The translations under genes were made by a program, and so were the position numbers. The notes beneath the pieces are model-generated. The model did no database searches, was not told the DNA's origin, and saw only the letters and a list, made by a program, of their open reading frames with translations. A DNA stretch of 14,257 nucleotides from an uncultured Janthinobacterium sp. GTDB lineage: Bacteria > Vulcanimicrobiota > Vulcanimicrobiia > Vulcanimicrobiales > Vulcanimicrobiaceae. This document shows, one piece after another, positions 8,372 through 14,257 of this stretch (position 1 is the stretch's first letter; each line of letters opens with the position of its first letter). The stretch covers positions 1-14,257 of the forward strand of contig CAZZXB010000079.1 of NCBI GenBank assembly GCA_964658025.1, written 5' to 3'.

Positions 8372-9298
8372 GTGGCGCGACCCTCCGGCGCGATCCTCCA
8401 ATTGCTCGGCGCCCAGGTCGCGATCGGCGCCGCCGCGATCTTCGCCCGCTTCGCGCTCGCGGGTGCCGGACCGCTCGTCGTCTCGGCGCTCCGGCTCGCG
8501 ATCGCGACGGCGATCGTCGCGGCGTTCGCGCTCCCGCTCGAGCGGATCTCCCGGCGCCGCGAGGTCGCCTTCGCGGTCGCCGGGCTCGCGCTCGCCGCGC
8601 ATTTCGCGCTCTGGATCGGCTCGCTCTCGTACACGACGGTCGCCGCGTCGACGCTGCTCGTCACGACGACGCCGCTCTGGACGACGCTCTACGACGCGGC
8701 GCGAACGCGACGCGTCCCGAGCCGCCCGTTCCTCGTCGCGCTCGGGCTCGCACTCGTCGGCACGATCGCGATCGTCGGCTCGCGGACGCCGGCCACCGTC
8801 CCGATCCCGGGACGCACGCTCGTCGGAGACGCGATGGCGCTCGCCGCGAGCTTCGCGATCGGCGTCTACCTCGTCGTCGTCCGCGATGCCGGGGCGAAGC
8901 ACGAACGACCGCTCGCGACGCGCGGGATCGTGACGCGAACGTACGCGTGGGCGACGCTCGCGCTCGTCGTCGGAAGCCTGCTCGGCCGAGAGGCTCCCCC
9001 GCCCCCGGCGGACGGACGCGCGTGGGGCGGCATCCTCGCGATGGCGCTCGTCTCGCAGACGATCGGTCACACCGCGCTCAACGCGGCGCTGCGCTCGTTC
9101 TCGCCGAGCGTCGTCGCGCTCGCGACGTTGCTCGAACCGGTCGTCGCCGCGCTCCTCGCGATCGCGCTCTTTCGCGAGGAGCCTTCGTTCGCGACCACGA
9201 TCGGCGGCGTCGTCGTCCTCGTCGGCGTCGGGATCGCGCTCGCCGATGCGCGGACCGCTAACGCACCGGCGTCGATCCCCGCAATCGACGGAGCGTGA
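8372..9298 (+). CDS. EamA/DMT-family membrane transporter
   Basis: About ten hydrophobic segments in two EamA repeats; motifs GPLVVSALRL, HFALWIGSLSYTTVAAS, GDAMAL, QTIGHTALN, LLEPV, LFRE. Start is uncertain: GTG 8372 after GCGGGAAC is preferred, while in-frame ATGs 8348 and 8354 lie within the thiC promoter. Confidence 0.9.
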   Translation: MARPSGAILQLLGAQVAIGAAAIFARFALAGAGPLVVSALRLAIATAIVAAFALPLERISRRREVAFAVAGLALAAHFALWIGSLSYTTVAASTLLVTTTPLWTTLYDAARTRRVPSRPFLVALGLALVGTIAIVGSRTPATVPIPGRTLVGDAMALAASFAIGVYLVVVRDAGAKHERPLATRGIVTRTYAWATLALVVGSLLGREAPPPPADGRAWGGILAMALVSQTIGHTALNAALRSFSPSVVALATLLEPVVAALLAIALFREEPSFATTIGGVVVLVGVGIALADARTANAPASIPAIDGA

Positions 9299-9307
9299 CC
9301 GAACATC

Positions 9308-9339
9308 AACCGAACGGTGGATACGCCGGATGGTTTTTT
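9308..9339 (+). terminator. Possible intrinsic terminator after the EamA gene
   Basis: AACCG-AA-CGGTG-GATA-CGCCG-GA-TGGTT forms an imperfect stem that runs into TTTTTT (9334-9339), starting 9 nt after the stop. Confidence 0.35.
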
Positions 9340-9423
9340 CTCCAGGATGCGTCGCGCGGCGGAGCGGAATCATGGTGATGCGCGCGTCCGTTACTGCGAG
9401 GGCGCCGGAGGGAACAAAACTAC

Positions 9424-11382
9424 ATGGCATACGAGCGATTGAGCGAACCGATGGTGCGACGCGACGGCGTGTTGACGCCCGCGACGTGGGACGAGGCGCT
9501 CGACGCGGCGGCGGCGGGATTTCGTCGCGTGCTCGACGCGCACGGTCCCGACGCGCTCGGCATCCTGAGCTGCTCGCGGACGACGAACGAGGTGAACTAC
9601 CTCAATCAAAAACTCGCGCGGACGGTGTTCGAGAATCACAACATCGATAGCTGTAACCGAACGTGACACGCGCCTAGCGTCGTCGGTCTGGCGACGGTTT
9701 TCGGTGCCGGTGGCGGTACGAGCAGTTATCTCGAAGCGGAAGAGACCGACGTCATCTTCCTCTGGGGTTCGAACGCGCGCGAAACGCATCCGATCTTCTT
9801 CCACCACGTGCTCAAGGCCATCCATAAGGGCGCGAAGCTCATCTCCGTCGATCCGCGCGAGACCTCGAGCGCGCGCTGGGCGCACCGTCATCTGGCGCTC
9901 GACGTCGGTACGGACATCGTGCTCTCGAACGCGATGGCGCGCGAGATCATCCACGCCGGTCTCGCGAACGAGACGTTCATCGCCAACGCCACGTCGGGTT
10001 TCACCGAGTTCGCCGCGTCGGTCGAATCGTTCACGCTCGAGTACGCCGAACGCGAATCCGGCGTACCGGCGGAGACGATCCGCGAGGTCGCGCATCTCTT
10101 CGCGAAAGCCGATCGCGCGATGATCTGCTGGACGCTCGGTATCACCGAACACCACAACGCCGTCGACAACGTGCTCTCGCTCATCAATCTCGGATTGCTC
10201 TGCGGTCACGTCGGAAAATACGGCTCGGGGATCAATCCGCTACGCGGACAGAACAACGTCCAGGGCGGCGGCGACATGGGCGCGATCCCCAATCGCTTCG
10301 TCGGTTTCCAAGACATCATGGACCCTGCCGTCTGCGAGAAATTCTCGCGCGCGTACGGCGTGCCGCAACGCAACGACTACGGCATGACGCTCACGCAGAT
10401 GTTCGACGCGATCGATCGCGGCACGATGCACTCGCTCTTCATCGTCGGCGAGAATCCCGTGCAGTCCGACGCCGATCAGAACCACACGGAACACCTGATG
10501 GAAGCGCTCGACCATCTCGTCGTGCTCGACATCTTCCTCACGCGCACGGCGGAGTTCGCCGACGTCGTGTTGCCCGCGGCCTCGGGTTGGTGCGAATCCG
10601 ACGGGACCGTGACGAACAGCGAGCGCCGCGTCCAACGCGTGCGCAAGGCGTTGGATCCACCGGGCGACGCGCGCGACGAGATCTGGGTGATCTCGCAGAT
10701 CGCGAAACGCCTCGGCACCGACTGGGGCGACCCGACGGCGGAATCGGTGTGGGACGAAGTCCGCGAGCTCGCGGGCGAGATGTTCGGCGGCATGAGTTAC
10801 GAGCGGCTCGCCGAGATGAAGGGCATCCAATGGCCGTGCCCCGACGAATCGCATCCGGGCACGATGTTCTTGCACGAACGGCTCTGGACCGAACCGAACG
10901 GCGGTGGGATGCGCGCGCCGTTCACCCCCGTCGCGCACGAACTCCCGATCGAACGGCCCGATACGGAGTATCCGTTCCTGCTCACGACGGGACGGCGACT
11001 CTCCGATTACAACACGGGCGTGCAGACCGAGGGCTTCGCGTCGCCGCTACGCCGCACGGAATCGATCGATATCTTTCCGAGCGACGCGGAGCGGATGGGC
11101 TTGTCGGAAGGCCAGCTCGTGCGGATCTCGTCGCGCCGCGGAACGCTCGTCGCGCCGATCCGTCTCGATCCGTCGCTCAAAGCCGGACTCGTCTTCATGA
11201 CGTTCCATTTCGGCGACGCGTACAGCGTGAATCGCCTGACGATCAACGTCGTGGATCCGCGTTCGGGGACGGCCGAGTTCAAGGCGTGCGCCGTGAAGCT
11301 CGAGCCGTTATCGGTCGGACACGAGCGCGTCGCGCACGAGGAACTGCCGAGCGGTCTCGAAGCGGCCGCGGCCGGCGACTGA
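9424..11382 (+). CDS. fdhF: Selenocysteine-containing formate dehydrogenase-type Mo/W-bisPGD catalytic subunit (652 aa, Sec81), lacking its N-terminal Fe-S domain
   Basis: ORFs 9424-9666 and 9808-11382 are in the same frame, separated only by TGA 9664-9666 in NIDSCNRT-U-HAPSVVGL, which aligns with FdhF CARV-U-HGPSVAGL. Also GSNARETHP, VDPR, LRGQNNVQG (catalytic Arg), DIFLTRTAEFADVVLPA, GTVTNSERRVQ, LTTGR and AEFKACAV. GGAGGG lies upstream of the ATG. No Tat signal. Confidence 0.93.
9664..9696 (+). promoter_or_regulatory. UGA-Sec codon plus bacterial SECIS hairpin
   Basis: Stem CGUCGUC (9678-9684) / GGCGACG (9690-9696) with loop GGUCU begins 11 nt after the UGA, matching the spacing and GGUCUG apex of the E. 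coli fdhF SECIS. Confidence 0.85.
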
Positions 11383-11392
11383 CGGAGGCACT

Positions 11393-13216
11393 TTGGATCT
11401 CAAGCTCCTCGACGCGAACCCATCTCCCGAAGAAGAAGAGGCGATCGCGACGGCGATCGCGCCCCTTTCCCGACGAGGAGCGACGGGCGTCCATCACAAG
11501 CGCCATCTGCTGTTGCCCGCGCTGGAAGCGGCGCAGGCGCGGATCGGCTGGATCTCCGAAGGCGCGTTCAACTACATCTGCAAGACGCTCGAGGTCGCGC
11601 CGGCGGAAGCGTACGGCGTCGCGACGTTCTACGCGTTACTGTCGATGACGCCGCGACCGCGTCGCGTGCTCCACGTCTGCGAGGACGTCGCGTGCATGCC
11701 GCGCGGATCGACGGAACTCATCGCGGAGATCGAGCGAAGCGTCGGACCCGCGCACCACGGACCGACGGGCGATTCCGTCGAGATCCCGCCCGATGCCGCG
11801 ACCTGGCTCCGTTCGCCGTGTCTGGGACTCTGCGATCGCGCGCCCGCCGCGTTCTTACAGGTCGCGGGCGAGACGCCGCGCGAGACGCTCTTCGGCGACG
11901 TGACGATCGAGACGGTCCGCGCCGCACTCGGCGGCGCGTTCGATATCGGCCGCGTCGCGCGACCGCCGTTACCGCAGGCGGGCGAACCCGGACTCAAACT
12001 CTTGGGGCGCGTCGACGTCGTCGATCCGACGAGCCTCGACGATTATCGCAAACACGGCGGATATTCCGCGCTGCGGCGCGCGATCGACATCGGCCCCGAA
12101 GCCGTCGTCCGCGAAGTCACGGACGCGAAGCTCATGGGACGCGGGGGCGCCGCATTCCCGACCGGCCGGAAATGGGAAGCCGTCGCGAAGCAGACGGTGC
12201 GGCCGCATTACTTGATCTGCAACGCCGACGAGTCGGAGCCGGGGACGTTCAAGGATCGCGCGATCATGGAGGGCGATCCGTACGCGCTCGTCGAGGCAAT
12301 GACCGTCGCGGCCTTCGCGACCGGTTGCGATTACGGGTTCATCTACATCCGCGGCGAGTATCCGCTCGCGACCGAGCGGCTGAATAACGCGATGACGCGC
12401 GCCCGCGCGCGCGGGCTCCTCGGCGAGAACATCCTCGAATCGGGATTCTCGTTCGACATGGAGATCCGCAAGGGCGGCGGCGCGTACATCTGCGGCGAGG
12501 AAACCGCGATCTTCAACTCGATCGAAGGCTTCCGCGGCGAACCGCGCAACAAACCGCCGTTCCCCGTGCAGTCGGGCGTCTTCCACAAACCGACCGCGAT
12601 CAATAACGTCGAGACGCTCGTGAACGTGTTACCGATCGTGCTCGAAGGCGCGCCCGCGTACGCGCGCATCGGCACCGAGGCGTCGACCGGACCCAAACTC
12701 TTCTGCCTCTCGGGATGCGTCGAAAAGCCGGGCGTCTACGAAGTACCGTTCGGCAAGACGCTGCGCGAGATGATCGATCTCGCGGGCGGCGTCGCGGGCG
12801 GGAAGGACCTCGGGTGCGTGCTCCTCGGCGGCGCGGCGGGAGTCTTCGTCGGTCCCGAAGATCTCGACATGCCGCTCACGTTCGAGGGCGTGCGCGCCGC
12901 GAAGGCGACGCTCGGGTCGGGCGTGATCGTCGTGCTCGACGATAGCGTCGAGATGCTGCCGATCTTGCGCCGCGTCGCCGCGTTCTTTCGCGACGAGTCG
13001 TGCGGACAGTGCGTGCCGTGCCGCGTCGGGACCGTCCGTCAGGAAGAGGCGCTCGCGCGCATCGCCGCGGGGACGCCGCGCGGTTCGAACGCGATCGAGA
13101 TCTCGTTACTCGACGAGATCGGAACCGCGATGAAGGACGCCTCGATCTGCGGGCTCGGCCAAACCGCGTACAGCGCGATCGAATCGGCCATCCACCGGCT
13201 GGAGCTCATCACGTGA
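11393..13216 (+). CDS. Fused NuoE-NuoF-like (FdsG/FdsB-like) diaphorase subunit: [2Fe-2S], FMN/NAD, [4Fe-4S]
   Basis: TTG start after GGAGG (11384-11388). NuoE part: LLPALEAAQARIGWI, YGVATFY, CEDVAC...CLGLC. NuoF part: GRGGAAFPTGRKW, NADESEPGTFKDR, GAYICGEETA, NNVETL, ESCGQCVPCRVG...SICGLG. Confidence 0.95.
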   Translation: MDLKLLDANPSPEEEEAIATAIAPLSRRGATGVHHKRHLLLPALEAAQARIGWISEGAFNYICKTLEVAPAEAYGVATFYALLSMTPRPRRVLHVCEDVACMPRGSTELIAEIERSVGPAHHGPTGDSVEIPPDAATWLRSPCLGLCDRAPAAFLQVAGETPRETLFGDVTIETVRAALGGAFDIGRVARPPLPQAGEPGLKLLGRVDVVDPTSLDDYRKHGGYSALRRAIDIGPEAVVREVTDAKLMGRGGAAFPTGRKWEAVAKQTVRPHYLICNADESEPGTFKDRAIMEGDPYALVEAMTVAAFATGCDYGFIYIRGEYPLATERLNNAMTRARARGLLGENILESGFSFDMEIRKGGGAYICGEETAIFNSIEGFRGEPRNKPPFPVQSGVFHKPTAINNVETLVNVLPIVLEGAPAYARIGTEASTGPKLFCLSGCVEKPGVYEVPFGKTLREMIDLAGGVAGGKDLGCVLLGGAAGVFVGPEDLDMPLTFEGVRAAKATLGSGVIVVLDDSVEMLPILRRVAAFFRDESCGQCVPCRVGTVRQEEALARIAAGTPRGSNAIEISLLDEIGTAMKDASICGLGQTAYSAIESAIHRLELIT

Positions 13217-14181
13217 TCACGATCCTCCCGCCGAACGCGCCGCCGCGACTCGTCGAACTCGAGATCGACGGCGTCACCGTCACCGCGCCCGAAGGCTCGA
13301 CGATCCTCGACGTCTGCCGCGCGAACGCGAAGACGATCCCGACGCTCTGCTTCCTCGACACGCTCCATCCCGTCAACGTCTGTCGCATCTGCGTCGTCGA
13401 GGTCGAGGGTGCGCGCGTGCTCGTGCCGTCGTGCAATCGCACGATCGAACCCGGGATGAAGGTCAAAACCGATTCGGAGCGCGTCCGACACAGCCGCAAG
13501 ATGGTGCTGGAATTTCTCGATTCGTCGACCGACCTCAGCACGACCGAAAACGTCGCGGAGTGGAAACGCGACTACGGCTGCGACAGCGACCGCTACGGAC
13601 CGCCCGAGCCGCCGCACGCCGCGGGCGAACGCGACGAAGCGCACGCGGGTCATCACGCGGAGCCGAGCACGACGCACCGCGCGACGGTCGCCCAACCCGT
13701 CAAGATCGACAACGACCTCTACGTCCGCAGCTACGAGAAGTGCATCCTGTGCTACAAGTGCGTCGAGGCGTGCGGCACGGATTTTCAGAACTCGTTCGCG
13801 ATCGGCGTCGCCGGCCGCGGGTTCGACGCGCGCATCTCGACGGAGTTCGCGGTCGAGCTGCCCGAATCGGCGTGCGTCTATTGCGGCAACTGCATCGCGG
13901 TCTGCCCGACGGGCGCGCTCATGTTCAAGGCCGAGTACGACAAGCGGCAGGACGGCACGTGGGACGAATCGCGCCAGACCCAAACCGACACCGTCTGCCC
14001 GTACTGCGGCGTGGGCTGTACGCTCACGCTCCACGTCCAGGACAACGAAATCGTCCGCGTCTCGTCACCGTTCGATCAAACGGTCACCCGCGGCAATCTC
14101 TGCATCAAAGGGCGCTTCGGCTGGAAGTACGTGCAGAGCGGCCGCGATAAGAAGCGCCGCGACGGCGAAGCGCGCGATTAG
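13213..14181 (+). CDS. Fe-S subunit equivalent to the N-terminal part of FdsA/NuoG: [2Fe-2S], 2x[4Fe-4S] and the molybdopterin-oxidoreductase [4Fe-4S] domain
   Basis: GTG 13213 overlaps the previous stop (GTGA), with GGAG at 13201; 322 aa. Motifs IPTLC..VCRIC..PSC, CILCYKCVEAC, CVYCGNCIAVCP and CPYCGVGC...GNLCIKGRFG. Confidence 0.93.
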   Translation: MITILPPNAPPRLVELEIDGVTVTAPEGSTILDVCRANAKTIPTLCFLDTLHPVNVCRICVVEVEGARVLVPSCNRTIEPGMKVKTDSERVRHSRKMVLEFLDSSTDLSTTENVAEWKRDYGCDSDRYGPPEPPHAAGERDEAHAGHHAEPSTTHRATVAQPVKIDNDLYVRSYEKCILCYKCVEACGTDFQNSFAIGVAGRGFDARISTEFAVELPESACVYCGNCIAVCPTGALMFKAEYDKRQDGTWDESRQTQTDTVCPYCGVGCTLTLHVQDNEIVRVSSPFDQTVTRGNLCIKGRFGWKYVQSGRDKKRRDGEARD

Positions 14182-14257
14182 CGGCTCGGCTCGACCTCGG
14201 ATCGCGACGCCTGCGTGAGATCGACGTCCTCGTAGATTTCCGCGACGTCGACGATCA
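14178..14257 (-). CDS. Partial (3' end) ORF, possibly a Uma2/DUF820-family protein
   Basis: Minus strand reads ...IVDVAEIYEDVDLTQASRSEVEPSR-TAA, with its stop overlapping the TAG of the Fe-S gene. AEIYEDV resembles Uma2 C-termini, but only 25 residues are visible. Confidence 0.35.
   Translation of the reverse strand, partial: IVDVAEIYEDVDLTQASRSEVEPSR

Noticed and set aside
9299..9423. Moco/tungsten-cofactor riboswitch upstream of the FDH operon
   Set aside because: I could not find the conserved multi-stem pattern; only a weak terminator-like hairpin and a ribosome-binding site are visible. An Infernal scan would settle it.
9424..9666. Separate 80-aa ORF or fdh pseudogene
   Set aside because: The stop is an in-frame UGA at the Sec position with a SECIS, and the frame continues intact to 11382.
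11393..14181. Respiratory complex I (nuoEFG) or an [FeFe]/[NiFe] hydrogenase
   Set aside because: No other nuo genes and no H-cluster or NiFe motifs are present; the genes are coupled to a Mo/W-bisPGD subunit.

Overview
GC-rich bacterial window with no mobile element, CRISPR array or rRNA/tRNA, made of four gene blocks. (1) Metal (probably Zn) homeostasis: a Fur-family regulator translationally coupled to a 116-aa His-rich tandem-repeat protein (- strand), divergent from a TonB-dependent receptor, with an AT-rich imperfect palindrome (Fur/Zur-box-like) between them. (2) Signalling pair: a double-domain KaiC-like ATPase overlapping a pseudo-receiver/PP2C phosphatase/RsbW-like kinase fusion, preceded by a SigB/SigF-like GGGTAT element. 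(3) thiC under a sigma70 promoter and TPP riboswitch, divergent from an EamA/DMT transporter. (4) A cytoplasmic NAD-linked formate dehydrogenase-type operon: the Mo/W-bisPGD subunit has an in-frame UGA read as selenocysteine with a SECIS hairpin (missed by the ORF track), NuoE and NuoF are fused, and the usual N-terminal Fe-S part of the catalytic chain is split off and encoded last. Partial ORFs lie at both edges. All calls come from motif recognition by eye; no database search was run.
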